Assembly: GCF_004010195.1 (NCBI RefSeq)
Contig: NC_057715.1
Span: 93,608,456-93,672,455 of the forward strand
From: Chiloscyllium plagiosum
Taxonomy: Eukaryota
Reading direction: 5' to 3'
Length of the DNA stretch: 64,000 nucleotides
Shown here: positions 13,601-25,029 of the stretch, one piece after another
How positions within the stretch are numbered: position 1 is the first letter of the stretch
How the letters are laid out: every line of letters starts with the position of its first letter
Translations under genes and position numbers: made by a program
Notes under the pieces: model-generated
Told to the model about the DNA's origin: nothing
What the model saw: the letters and a program-made list of their open reading frames with translations, nothing else
Database searches by the model: none

Positions 13601-16600
13601 GCCGAGTTTTTGCCATCCCTCCAGACCTCCCCCTCACTGAGGACGAATGATCAGTCCTCAGCAAAGAACTCCCTTTCATCTCCCTCTGTCCACGCATCAA
13701 TGAATTTAATACATGCAGTGACATCGAACACTACTTCCATCTCCGAGCTTACTTTCACAATCAGGACTCCCGCCCACCTTCCAAGGACCCCTTCGCCCAT
13801 CTCCAACACACTGCATCCACCTGGACACCCTGTGCTGGCCTATTACCTGCCCTCTACCTCTTCATTTCCAACTGCCGCTGGGACATTAACCGCCTCAACC
13901 TGTCTACCCCCCCCCCCCCCCACTCCAACCTCTCACCCTTGCAACACGCAGCCCTCCAATCCCTCTGCTCCAATCCTGACCTCACCATCAAGACAGCAGA
14001 TAAAGGGGGAAGTCTGGCGCACTGACCTCTACACCGCTGAAGCCAAACGCCAACTCGAGGGCATCTCTTCCTACCACCCCCTCGACCATGACCCCACCCC
14101 ACCAACCATCATCTCCCAGACCATACAGAACCTCATCACCTCAGGAGATCTCCCACCCACAGCTTCCAACCTCATAGTCCGGGAACCCCGCACTGCCCGG
14201 TTCTACCTCCTCCCCAAGATCCACAAGCCTGACCACCCTGGCCGACCCATTGTCTCAGCACGCTCCTGGCCCACTGAACTTATCTCTACCTACCTCGACG
14301 CTGTCCTATCCCCCCTAGTCCAGGAACTCCCCACATACATTCGAGACACCACCCACGCCCTCCACCTCCTCCAAGACTTCCGTTTCCCCGGACCCCAACG
14401 CNNNNNNNNNNNNNNNNNNNNNNNNNNNNNNNNNNNNNNNNNNNNNNNNNNNNNNNNNNNNNNNNNNNNNNNNNNNNNNNNNNNNNNNNNNNNNNNNNNN
14501 NNNNNNNNNNNNNNNNNNNNNNNNNNNNNNNNNNNNNNNNNNNNNNNNNNNNNNNNNNNNNNNNNNNNNNNNNNNNNNNNNNNNNNNNNNNNNNNNNNNN
14601 NNNNNNNNNNNNNNNNNNNNNNNNNNNNNNNNNNNNNNNNNNNNNNNNNNNNNNNNNNNNNNNNNNNNNNNNNNNNNNNNNNNNNNNNNNNNNNNNNNNN
14701 NNNNNNNNNNNNNNNNNNNNNNNNNNNNNNNNNNNNNNNNNNNNNNNNNNNNNNNNNNNNNNNNNNNNNNNNNNNNNNNNNNNNNNNNNNNNNNNNNNNN
14801 NNNNNNNNNNNNNNNNNNNNNNNNNNNNNNNNNNNNNNNNNNNNNNNNNNNNNNNNNNNNNNNNNNNNNNNNNNNNNNNNNNNNNNNNNNNNNNNNNNNN
14901 NNNNNNNNNNNNNNNNNNNNNNNNNNNNNNNNNNNNNNNNNNNNNNNNNNNNNNNNNNNNNNNNNNNNNNNNNNNNNNNNNNNNNNNNNNNNNNNNNNNN
15001 NNNNNNNNNNNNNNNNNNNNNNNNNNNNNNNNNNNNNNNNNNNNNNNNNNNNNNNNNNNNNNNNNNNNNNNNNNNNNNNNNNNNNNNNNNNNNNNNNNNN
15101 NNNNNNNNNNNNNNNNNNNNNNNNNNNNNNNNNNNNNNNNNNNNNNNNNNNNNNNNNNNNNNNNNNNNNNNNNNNNNNNNNNNNNNNNNNNNNNNNNNNN
15201 NNNNNNNNNNNNNNNNNNNNNNNNNNNNNNNNNNNNNNNNNNNNNNNNNNNNNNNNNNNNNNNNNNNNNNNNNNNNNNNNNNNNNNNNNNNNNNNNNNNN
15301 NNNNNNNNNNNNNNNNNNNNNNNNNNNGAAACATCTCCGAGACACCCGCACCAATCAACCAAACCGCCCCGTGGCCCAACATTTCAACTCCCCCTCCCAC
15401 TCTGCCGAGGACATGGAGATCCTGAGCCTCCTTCACCGCCGCTCCCTCACCACCAGACGCCTGGAGGAAGAACGTCTCATCTTCCACCTCGGAACACTTC
15501 AATCACAGGGCATCAACGTGGACTTCACCACTTTTCTCATCCCCACCTCACCCTAGTTCCAAACTTCCAGCTCAGCACTGTCCCCATGACTTGTCCTACC
15601 TGCCTATCTTCTTTTCCACCTATCCACTCCACCCTCCTCTCTGACCTATCACCTTCATCCTCTCCCCCACTCACCTATTGTACTCGACACTACTTTCTCC
15701 CCACCTCCACCCTCCTCTAGCTTATCTCTCCATCCTTCAGGCTCTCTGCCTTTTATTCCTGATGAAGGGCTTTTGCCCGAAACGTCAATTTTACTGCTCC
15801 TCTGATGCTGTCTGAACTGCTGTGCTCTTCCAGCACCACTAATCCAGAATCTGGTTTCCAGCATCTGCAGTCATTGTTTTTACCTAGTTAATGCTGACCG
15901 AGCCAGTGATGCCCACATCCCATGAATGAATAAAATGTATACTTGACATCTGAAATAAAGAAAATATTCAGCAGTTGGAGTTCTTTGGTTGATGTAGGTC
16001 TTTTCACTTGAATTTCTTTGTCGGATGTGACTCAGCAGGTAGCGCACTCACCTGTGCATCAGGGATTTGTGGGTTGAAATCCCACTCCATGACTTCAGCA
16101 CAAAAGTAACACTAAATTTTAGTGCAGTGCTGAAGCTTCCATTTTGACTTCTCAGCTCGTTATAAGAGATCAAAGAGCACTCTTTTAAAATTGTCGTCAT
16201 TGTGACGGCTGATATTTATCCCTCAAGCAACATCCCAAAACATTATTGTTTTTGGTATGTTTACATACACAAATTGTTGCTATGTTTTCTTCCAAAAATA
16301 CTTGATTGGCTGTAAAGTGCCCTAAAAAAGTGTCATTCATGATCTCAGAATTATTTAAACATCTGTTCTTTTCTCCTCGCTGCTATTGAGAACCACTATA
16401 TTCTGGCCTGTATTTTTTAGAAATGCATAATTAGACATAATTGTTCACAGAGCAATCACATGTATCAAATCATCAATTGCTGATTTTTGTTGCTATAATC
16501 CTCCACAGAAGTTTGTGTCACTTTGTCTCAGATCAGTTATTTATACTGTTGCATCTCACCTCCTTCACTTTAATTGTTCTGCAAGCTCTGCTGCACCAAA

Positions 16601-18612
16601 GGGGCCATGAACATAGATCTTTGAGGATACCAGGAATCTTTGGCATCTTAGGTATCCAGCACAAAAGTATAGACTATGCAGAACACTTATAAAGCTGTGA
16701 TTGGATACATCTGGTCACCTGACCTTTTATCAAGATGAGCTAGAGGGATCTTGAGAGTCTGCAGAGATTTACCAGGATAGTTCCAGGAACAAAAGATCTT
16801 AGCAACAAGTTTGGTTTGGAAAAGCTGGTATTGTCTCCAACTTGGGATTGTTCTCCTGAAGCAAAAGAGATTTGATGGAGGTAAAGAAGAATGATATGTT
16901 AAGGTAGATTGAATCAGGAAAAGCTGTTCCCATTATCGGAGAGTACAGGAACCAAGGAGCACATTTCTGTATTTGGTCAAGAAGTAAAGAGGAAATGTGA
17001 GGAAGAACGTTTTTTCACACAGCAATGAGCTGCTGCCCATGAGAAAAGTGGAAGTAGAGACAATCGATGATTTAAGAGGAAATTAGATGCTTTAAGGAAA
17101 ATAAACTTGCAGGACTATTACAGACAATTTCTACCAGCAAATTAATTAATTTGGAAAAATCTTTACCTGAACATGGTTGGCTGGCCTGTTTGCCTTGAAA
17201 TTCCTCAACTTCCATGCTTACTAATTATGGTTTTTCAATTTTTTTTGAGACTTCTGTTTTTCACTTTAAAGTAAATTGCATTTTAAACTAAATTTCCAAA
17301 GCAATATTTGAATTCCCTGGTTCCCTCGTCTAAATTGTAACATAGCAGTTTATTACCTCATTGCACTTAGGCCTTTGAAGAGGCCTCATCCATTGATAAT
17401 CTTCAGGTGAATTTCCAACTTAGTGGTAACAAAATAGGTTTTAAAATGTGATTTCTAGAATGGGTTGTCTTTGAGAGCAGTCCAATAATGAATTCTGTTC
17501 TTTTTGCTTAAGGGAAACAAGTCAATTTAAAGCATAACGTTTAAGAATCACAGTGCAAAGGTACAAGTTTGTCATGTATTTCTTGTCTCCATAGCAATGA
17601 ACAAAACTGAGGATGGAGCACAGAAAGATCCAAAGTTGGAACTCGTGTGTGTGACTGAACAGAGTGTTTCTAAAAGAAGCAAAGTGGATCTGGCTGATAC
17701 TGAGCAGAGGCCTTCTATAGAGAAGAGTGCGGAGTGCATGAATGATAAACCGGATCTCCCTCCAGAGAACCATGAAATGCGTATTGCTGCAACTGATGAT
17801 CACAATGTTTCCAGAGAAAATGAAGGAGACCTCTTGTTTACTGAACAGCAAGTTTCCTGTAATGGAAAAGCAGACCTCTCAGCAGGTGAACAGCAACTTT
17901 ATGCAAGGGAAGAAGTGGAGCCCACATCAAAAGAACTGCATTCTCCTTCTATGGAGCGTGTGGTGGATGAAGCTGATGGTAAAGAGGATTGTGAGGTGGA
18001 AGATGTAACAGTTGACCATATGAAGACCCCATTGAAACAAATACTGACACCGAGTAAAACACAAAATAGAGGATCATCTATTAAGTATAGTGTGAGTGTA
18101 ACCCCTAGGAATAAATGGTAAGAAAGTTCTTGAATTTCAACTGCTTCCTTTTTAAATAGTAATACTATGTACATCTTAATAGTTCCAGGGGATGTATAGC
18201 AAGGTTTGATAAGAAATTTAAAACTTGGCAAGATTCAGCTCTATGTATATTTATACTTGATCTGTTTGTTTTTAATTTTCAATTGAGTTAATTATACTGG
18301 CATTAAATATGTATAAAATAGTATTGACTTGACAACTGGTAACTTGGTCCTGTTCATCTTTATAATCCATTGACTTTTCTCTCCCTCAGTGATAAAAATG
18401 TGGTTCAGATGGAAAACAGAAACTCTGCAATCAAAGAGTTGAACTTTCTGACGCCTGTGCGCCGTTCACGACGTATTGAACAGGCATCTTCCCAAATGCC
18501 ATTAATGTTGCAGGACCACAATCCCTGTGTGTCTTCACTGGAGGATCTAAAAAGTTTGGGAGGCGTATCTATTGCCTACTCATTCAAGATGAATAATGCA
18601 TTACAACACTGA
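1618..18612 (+). CDS. CKAP2: Cytoskeleton-associated protein 2 (CKAP2/TMAP), 9 coding exons: 1618-1675, 1942-2032, 5884-5950, 8515-9491, 9857-10043, 10741-10911, 12927-12999, 17595-18117, 18390-18612 (2370 nt, 789 aa)
   Basis: All introns are GT-AG and the phases join into one open frame. Recognisable CKAP2 motifs: EQRRQKLEEYL, KKPILGSFRGKIVESKIQSFR, GCPSED...AKKFARYWICLA...IYEQAIKIGAQP, IKYSVSVTP and KELNFLTPVRRSRR...DHNPCVSSL. Adjacency to NEK3 matches tetrapod CKAP2 synteny. Confidence 0.93.
1942..2032 (+). CDS. CKAP2: CKAP2 coding exon 2 (EQRRQKLEEYLQRKKS...)
   Basis: Polypyrimidine tract plus cccag acceptor; AG|gtgact donor; matches the CKAP2 N-terminal EQRRQKL motif. Confidence 0.9.
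2847..5163 (-). mobile_element. Penelope-like element family B (3' part on the - strand with an inverted terminal copy at about 5027-5163), interrupted by a family A PLE
   Basis: Terminus tgttggactggggtggacaaagt...aggttata; reversed hammerhead-like motif at 2922-2953; GIY-YIG C-terminal remnant at about 4820-5020; inverted copy ending gtgatttttaac. Confidence 0.7.
2994..4322 (+). mobile_element. Penelope-like retroelement family A, 5'-truncated (RT C-terminal part, Cys linker, GIY-YIG endonuclease, pseudo-LTR)
   Basis: RT YIDD at about 3151; DIYYKPTDSHSYLDY thumb; ORF 3462..4124 gives CNRKKCKTC...YCIRCTRCGLLYIGETGRLLAERFREH; frameshifted. Confidence 0.9.
5884..5950 (+). CDS. CKAP2: CKAP2 coding exon 3 (RVYLRDKTNIEKLQASTWQTEGM)
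   Basis: ttttcatttgaag acceptor and ATG|gtgggt donor; its phases (2 in, 0 out) bridge exons 2 and 4 exactly. Confidence 0.75.
6472..6812 (+). mobile_element. HE1-like SINE
   Basis: Same head, body and tail as 47524-47846, more diverged. Confidence 0.75.
6838..7085 (-). mobile_element. CR1/HER1 3' end fragment (same family as 56078-56330; another copy at about 11640-11900)
   Basis: Near-identical to 56084-56328. Confidence 0.8.
8515..9491 (+). CDS. CKAP2: CKAP2 coding exon 4 (large, low complexity)
   Basis: ORF 8515..9495; ctcttatag acceptor; AG|gtaact donor; contains TLSQSF and KKPILGSFRGKIVESKIQSFR. Confidence 0.92.
9857..10043 (+). CDS. CKAP2: CKAP2 coding exon 5
   Basis: ctaaag acceptor; GAG|gtaaaa donor; KGNLVKRP...HWTAIVEEE...EKVNQTLSQYLKQINE. 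Confidence 0.88.
10741..10911 (+). CDS. CKAP2: CKAP2 coding exon 6
   Basis: ttttag acceptor; CAG|gtactg donor; GCPSED...AKKFARYWICLA...GAQ (CKAP2 C-terminal domain). Confidence 0.93.
11270..11305. repeat. Imperfect (CT)n microsatellite
   Basis: ctctctctctcgcgctctctctctctctcg. Confidence 0.7.
12927..12999 (+). CDS. CKAP2: CKAP2 coding exon 7 (PADELRITLVDILK...)
   Basis: ttacag acceptor; G|gtgagt donor; resembles mammalian PIEEMRHTIVDIL. Confidence 0.9.
14402..15327. other. Assembly gap (926 N)
   Basis: Run of N inside the PLE reverse-transcriptase region. Confidence 1.
15755..15790 (+). ncRNA. Minimal hammerhead motif (family A), sense in CKAP2 intron 7
   Basis: CTGATGA 15759-15765, GGGC-TTTT-GCCC, GAAACGTC. 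Confidence 0.65.
16025..16330 (+). mobile_element. Degraded DeuSINE-like (SacSINE1-like) element
   Basis: tRNA-like head gtgactcagcaggtagc...gggttgaaatcccactcc and an ...acttgattggctgtaaagtgc end recalled from DeuSINE consensus. Confidence 0.45.
17595..18117 (+). CDS. CKAP2: CKAP2 coding exon 8 (acidic)
   Basis: ccatag acceptor; TG|gtaaga donor; ORF 17597..18121 ends in IKYSVSVTP. Confidence 0.88.
18390..18612 (+). CDS. CKAP2: CKAP2 coding exon 9 (last)
   Basis: ccctcag acceptor; KELNFLTPVRRSRR...HNPCVSSL; TGA stop at 18610-18612. Confidence 0.93.
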
Positions 18613-19668
18613 ACTAATATTTTCAAATGAATATGGATTATCTTTTTTAATTAAATGCACCTTATGTCCCAAAGCATCATTTAATCCAATGCAGTGCAGT
18701 CTGCTTTGCATAATTGTTTCCTTGCCATTTCTAAACAGTGATGTCCTGCATTTTATACTGCCTTTAACATAACAAAGCTATAGAAATATTTAGTGCTTAA
18801 TCTTGTTTTTAAAGTGCTTTGTCATGCTGTAGTATGACAAAGGCCTATGAAATTGATGGATGAAAATGAGAATGATTTTAAAACTCCAAGTTTGGTTTCT
18901 CCCAAGTCCATTAGAGCTGAATACTATGGCTATTCTTGTCTTCTAGTTGAAGAAACTAACTTTTTGCTCTAGTATTTTTAAGAAAAGATTTCCTTTCTGG
19001 ATGAAGCGAAGTGCTGTAGGCACTGAATGTGAAATAAAAACAAATGCAGCTTGTTGAGCATCATCTGTGCACAGAAAATAGCTAACATTTCAGGCCAGTG
19101 CGTTTTTATCAGAACTGGGAATAGTTAGAGATGTAATCAGTTATTTGAGCGGTGGATAAATATGCCATATTGTTTTCTTGCTTTACTTAAGTTTTCATTT
19201 GAATTAGCAGCATAACTGCTCCAGGCCCATCTTGTTTTGTTTCTTGCATCCATTCCACTCCATCTGGACCTGGAGGAATAACCTTCTTGGTCCTTCATTC
19301 TCTCCTGTCGTCCATTCTTTTACAGCATTTTTTTAAAAAAAATTCTTGTCTCATCCCTTGCTCAAAAGCTGCTACATTGCTAACATTTCCCAGTTCTGAT
19401 GAAAAGTTACTGCCCTGAAATGTTTACTCATTTGCTTCTCTACATGGATGTTGTCTAACCGCTGAGCTTTCTCCCACCATTTTTTGTTTTTTCTTTTAAT
19501 GGTTGACAATATACAAGAGTGACCTATTTTTCTCACCCCAACAAGGTTTCAGCGAATTTAAGTGTTTGATTCTTTAGTTATTAATGTTTGATATGCACAG
19601 TTGTAATCTTGTTTTACAAAAAAAATTCCAATATGTTTGGAAGACAGTGGCAGACACAATGTGTGTAT

Positions 19669-19731
19669 AATAAAGCTATTAAGTTATCTCAGTCCTGGAA
19701 TTTAAGTTTGAGCAAACACTAATTGAATAAA
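19669..19731 (+). terminator. Candidate CKAP2 polyadenylation signals (AATAAA at 19669-19674 and 19726-19731)
   Basis: Two AATAAA hexamers about 1.1 kb after the stop, followed by T-rich sequence. An alternative AATAAA lies at 19033 inside a repeat. Confidence 0.45.
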
Positions 19732-21964
19732 ACATCTCTTTTCTCTTAGAATTCTAAAGAAAAAAAACTAATGCGAATCACCTGGTGTGAAGTATTGTTT
19801 GTTTTAAAAGTAGTCTTTTTTTCTTGTAACAAAATGTGGTAATTTTTAACATGCTTGCAATAAGTATAAACTATATGAAGCAACAATGCAAATAAATTTT
19901 TAATTTTGCTTTGGCTTGGAATATTAGATCTTCTCAATTGAAACTTTATTTACTACTTTGCATTGTGCTTATTTTCATTAAATGGTTCTTGCTATTCTTT
20001 TTGGCTGTATTTCTTTTTAAGTATTGCTTAGGCATTGGATGTTTCAACCAAAGTATTTCAGCTCTGCCTTCCATTTTAAAAATAAAACTGAATGAATCAG
20101 TTAAATTTTTTTTAATCAAACTGTTCAGACACCTCAAAGGCAAGTGGGACTTGTACCTGGATGATCTTGCAGGTAATGGTGTTCCCATGTATCTATTGTT
20201 CTTGTCCTTCCAGATGGAAGTGGTCATTGGTCTAGAAAGTGCTACAGAATCTTGTGTTCCATCTACAAGATGTGCAAATTTCAACATGTTACTACTGTGC
20301 ATTAATGGTGGAGGGAGTGAACATTGTCAATCAAGCCAGCTGCTTTACCTTGATGTCAAGCTTTGTTTGTTGGAGTTGCATCCATTTTGCCAGTTTTGTT
20401 GAAGTCGTTGGGTTTTTTTTTGGTGTATAGTGCCATTCCTGCATTTGATCTTTTTAAGCAGCTTGCTTGCTTACTTCCAGATTTTTGACTCAGTATATTA
20501 AGTACCTGATTTGTCTCCTTTTGGGTCCTCAGCCTCATTGAAAGAAGTTCATTTTTTAGATTAGATTACATTACAGTGTGGAAACAGGCCCTTCGGCCCA
20601 ACAAGTCCACACTGACCCGCCGAAGCGCATCCCACCCATACCCCTACATTTTATCTCTAATTCTGTGGTGATTTAATATTAAGGGTGCAAACAATGTAGT
20701 TAGGGCAAGGAAGGTGCCATTATGTTCTTTGTGGTACATTTGCTTAAACATTGGTGCATGTTGAGCAGAGCCTTTTGGAGTTTATGGTCATTATTAAGTA
20801 CTTGAACGGTTAAACATGGAAATTGAAGTTACTGCCAGCCTTTATGCTTTTTCATAGTGTCCTCTTTGAATCCTAGACAGAAACCTTGTGAAAAACTAAC
20901 TGCGAGCAGAATGGGTCATATTCTGGTCATCCCTACTTCTTGCTCAATAATAGTGCTCTTTTAATTTCCTTATCCAAAGATCAATTGACTTCTGCCTTGT
21001 GTGTTGATCAGCCCACAAAATTCCAAAAACATTGACATCCCTTGATGAAACTTTATTTTTGTCTTAGTCCTATGGCTGGGGGACAATAACCCTTTGACAG
21101 TAATTTGCTTTTTATTTTTAATGTTGGAATCTGAAACCCTTTAAGACCTTTTTATAAACAGGGAAACAGCATCCTACGGTTTACCCTGTCGAGGCTTCTC
21201 AGAAAATTTTTAGCTGACTTCATTACATACACATAACACATCACCTCCTGATTTAAGTGTTAATGAATACACCTTTATTCTACAATTGATGTATTCTTTT
21301 TAGAGGGACAATATTGAAAAATAATGTGGCGAGCTTGGAGATAAAAGCAACATACAGCAAACTTGTACAATTTTGAGTCTTTTATTCATTTGTTCACAAA
21401 TTCTTCCATTCAGAGATTAGTTCCTGATCATGTGTACACAACACATTTCTTATAATTGTTACACTTTATTCAGCAAAACTATTCAATATTATGTGTCTCT
21501 AGAACTCTTCATTCTTCAGAAACCTTCATTCAAAATGAACACAAAAATTAGAATTTGATACCAGTTTAGTTTAAAAAGCAATGGTGTAGGTAGTTGTGAC
21601 ATATGTATTATTGGAACTTTGGTTAGAAGTTTAAAACTAATCCACACTGAAATCACAAACAAAGTTATATGTAAACCAATCTAATTGACAATTTAAACCA
21701 GGTTCTCTACTGGTTTCTGCCAATATTTAGATGTGGCCTTCTGCATTTTGACTTCCAATGATATTGTAATAAGAAAGCCAGCCATCTAGCAATGAAAAGG
21801 AAAAGCAACTGTGCATCTCATTAGTCACACTGAAGGATTTGAAATTAAATCTCCTTCAAATCTCAATATTCAAGGCAGTAATTTCTAAATCTCAAATTTT
21901 AAAAATAAAGGAATCAAATTACACAATTGTTTTACACATGCCCGACAAATTCATTGACTAATGC

Positions 21965-22660
21965 AGACTATATTTTTAGCAATAGAGGAATTGTGTTGGG
22001 CAGGTATGAGTATCCATGAGAGAGTATCTGTATTTGTGTGAGTATAAAAGAGTATAGGTCTGTGAGATGGGTATGAGTGTGTATGTGTGACCCTCTCATA
22101 CACACACACACCCACAGATGCACTTGACACTCACTTATACACCTACACACTCACAGACACTCATATCCACCCCCACCCACCCACACGTAAGTTTGTGGGG
22201 TGAATTTTTAGTTGCAGAATTACTTTTTATTTTTGCTCAAAAACTGCATGAATCCATGTAAGGTTCTGTTAATTTCCTTATTAGGAATAGAAGCAGTCTG
22301 AACATTGGGGCACATAATGTGCCTCACATTACCTAAGTTGACATGACATTTATCGTTAAAGTTCACTTGAGAATGCAACTTTAAAAAAAAGTTCTGGATT
22401 TACATATGAAAGATATGAAACCAATAGAGTCATTCTAAAAGATGAGAGACTTAAACAATCCAGATCTCTCTCAATATATCATTTCAGTTGCATCACTGTA
22501 AACTTTTGCTATAAATTCTGTGTCTTAAAATCGTGTACTCCACAATCACCTGACGAAGGCGCAGCGCCCCAAAGCTCGTGCTTCCAAATAAACCTGTTGG
22601 ACAGTAACCTGGTGTTGTGTGATTTTTAACTTTGTCCAACACCAGCACGTCCAAATCACA
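21965..22660 (+). mobile_element. PLE family B 3' UTR/pseudo-LTR remnant with a short inverted 5' part
   Basis: Same terminus as at 50901-51182 (ctgacgaagg...aacctgttgg...gtgatttttaac); degenerate hammerhead at 22550. Confidence 0.65.
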
Positions 22661-23221
22661 AAATTTGCTGATTCAATGACATGACATATTCACCCAAACA
22701 CAGTAGAATACAGGTACAGTTTCTTCTATGTTGTTGCATAATTTCGCCATCCCAAAAATTAGCCTAGAGAGCCTGGCTCTTGCCTTCTTTCTTTGGCAAT
22801 AAGATAAATCTGAACATTATATTCTCGATTAACGTTCCTTCTAAACGGAGTGGCGACTTTGAGGTAACACACTTGGCGTGGCGCCGCATCGATATCTGGT
22901 TCCGGAAAGCGCTGCAACTCAGACATTCAGAAACTGGACAATAAAATTAGAGGGAATGTAGCTCCAGCTAACCAAGATTCTTTTACAATTGAAACAAGAC
23001 ATCTTGACTCTTGCACTAGAGTCAGCTCGTGATACTATTTGCTTTCGTAATTCCTTCCAGCAAGTGCGTTAGTTTCAACCGTAGAAAAAGTACAACCATG
23101 TCCTTTTGAACAGTGGGAAGGGCTGGTGACTGGCGGCAGTACTCTTCTTCCCATCACATTAACATTACGCCTTTCCAAACTACATACAGGCTACTTAAAA
23201 TCGAACCTAGACTTAATTTTA

Positions 23222-23358
23222 CGTTAAAAAAATCACACAACACCAGGATATATAAGGGTGACAACCACCGAAAGCTAGTGCTTCCAATTAAACCTGTTGG
23301 CGTTGTGTGATTTTTAAAAACATTTGTACGCCCCAGTCCAACACCGGCACCTCCAAAT
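23222..23358. mobile_element. Short fold-back PLE mini-element (family B)
   Basis: gttaaaaaaatcacacaacacc ... gttgtgtgatttttaa plus the family tail ccagtccaacaccggcacctcc. Confidence 0.6.
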
Positions 23359-23589
23359 CTTCATTTAATGTGGCAAGCTTATTTCATGCCCCCCTCATAA
23401 ACGCAGCAACTTTGCGCCCTTCAATAAAGTTTGTGACTGAAACCAAAAGCTGAACAACAATGTTGGGATTTTTAAAGTGTAACAGTGCCTCGTTTGAGCA
23501 TAAATAACGGAGAATTGAACATCGCTTCATTGCTGTTTTACCACATTAATCTGGGTCACTGTCTCATTACAAAGAGCTTTCTATAAACC

Positions 23590-23800
23590 CTGACACGTGA
23601 TGATGGTTATTGCCCTCCCACAGCCTCGGTTGCAGGTTATTTCCGGCTTGTGTCAAAGTTGGGAAGTGGTTTAATATTTCCCAGTGATTTAACTGACCGC
23701 TTCGTTTTCTGTGCCTTCGAAGAAGAGTAGCATTAGCATAAAGAGTTCGCTTTTGAATGGAACGTGCGTTTTACGTTCTGTCAGACTGTCGGTAGGTAAC
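23590..23800 (+). promoter_or_regulatory. Probable NEK3 promoter and non-coding first exon
   Basis: CpG-enriched, non-repetitive segment with E-box CACGTG (about 23594) and ETS-like TTCCGG (23641). Donor-like gtaggt/gtaaca at about 23792-23801. The NEK3 ATG exon has an acceptor, so an upstream exon is required. Confidence 0.45.
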
Positions 23801-24529
23801 ATGAACCAGGAATTCCTGACGCCTCCCCCCAAGTGGAAGCAAAAATAGAAAAAAAAAGTAGTTTAAAACAAATATTCCGAGATCTCCAGCTTTGAACTAT
23901 CAGTAATATGTTTATTTCGGAGAATTTGATGACGTTACAATTAATATCGTCCCTTTAACAAATATCGATCCTATTGTGTACCTTCCACTGATGAAGGCTG
24001 GGTAGCTCACAGTATAAAACATCCGTATTAAGTGAACTATCCGCCCACTGTCAACTATCACGTCTGTTCATACAATAACATTGTATTCATGCTTTTCCTG
24101 TGAAGTGGATTTAATCTAGCCCGGGGATAGTGACTTAGTGCAATCATATGGAAATTTTGAACATTTGGTATCCTCTGCAATTTCCAAAGTGTTAAAAATC
24201 CTGTATCTGAGCAATAACAAAACCCCACCCTAATTCTAGCATTCATTTTAAACATGGTTCAAGATTTGAAGTTCACAACACGCCCTGATTAAGGATAAGT
24301 GGCCTTAGGGCGTATCTGTTTTCCACTAGAAATGGTTGGATTTTATTTTAAAGCACATAGCTGCTTCCCACATCAATATTTTAATGAAACTCTAATTGTA
24401 AAAGTTGGTAAAATTTGTTATCGTTAGTATTTTCAGAAATTATCGATTGATTAAAGGGATTCACAAGGAATCAACACAGCATGATTTTAGTTTCAGAGGG
24501 AACGTTATGTAGGGCTCTGAAACTTGGGA

Positions 24530-24845
24530 GGTGACCACCTAGTAGTTTTATTGCTGAACTGTTAATCCAGAGACTCAGTAACATTCTGGCGACTTGGGTT
24601 CGAATCCCGCCACAGCAGATGGTGGAGTTCAATAAAAATACCTGGAGTTAAGGATTTAGTGATGACCATGCATAGATAGCTGGAAAAATCCATCTGGTTC
24701 GCTAATGTCCATTAAGGAAGGAAACTGCTATCCTTACTTAGTCTGGCCTACATGTGACTCCAGACCCACAGCAATGTGGTTGTCTCTTAAGTGCCCTCTG
24801 AGCAACTAGAGCGAGGCAATAAGTGCAGCCATCCCATGAATACAT
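24530..24845 (+). mobile_element. Second tRNA-derived SINE family (copies also at about 8175-8475 +, 13095-13375/15886-15935 +, 29870-30225 - and 60200-60545 -)
   Basis: B-box gggttcgaatccc; shared body catctggttcactaatgtcc...ggcctacatgtgactccaga; tail ...catcccatgaat shared with the LINE 3' end at about 35930-36200. Confidence 0.7.
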
Positions 24846-25029
24846 TTTAAAAAGTGGTGGTTTGAGGGCAAGGTCCATCACTGGAGTGCTTGTAGAGAAA
24901 AAAGCCTTATAAATTGAATGATGTTTTCTTCTGCTTTGTATTTGTGTTCACGTTTTGGGAAATGAAAATGCAGGGTTACTGTAATAGGGTTACTGTGGTT
25001 TGGATTTGTACAACTTTTTCAGCTGTCAG

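Larger units (their letters stand above)
13376..15885 (+). mobile_element. Penelope-like retroelement family A, longer copy spanning the assembly gap, inserted in a SINE
   Basis: ARFYLLPKIHKPDHPGRPIVS...YIRDTTH (PLE RT N-terminal part) before the gap; HLRDTRTNQPNRPVAQHFNSPSH...LGTLQSQGIN (GIY-YIG end) after it; pseudo-LTR with hammerhead at the 3' end. Confidence 0.9.

Noticed and set aside
13514-15556. 680-aa ORF and the overlapping 350-395 aa reverse ORFs
   Set aside because: Their length comes from the 926-N gap; the real content is frameshifted PLE sequence.
1618-18612. CKAP2L as an alternative identity
   Set aside because: The MST...EQRRQKL start, the C-terminal motifs and the NEK3 neighbourhood fit CKAP2 better.
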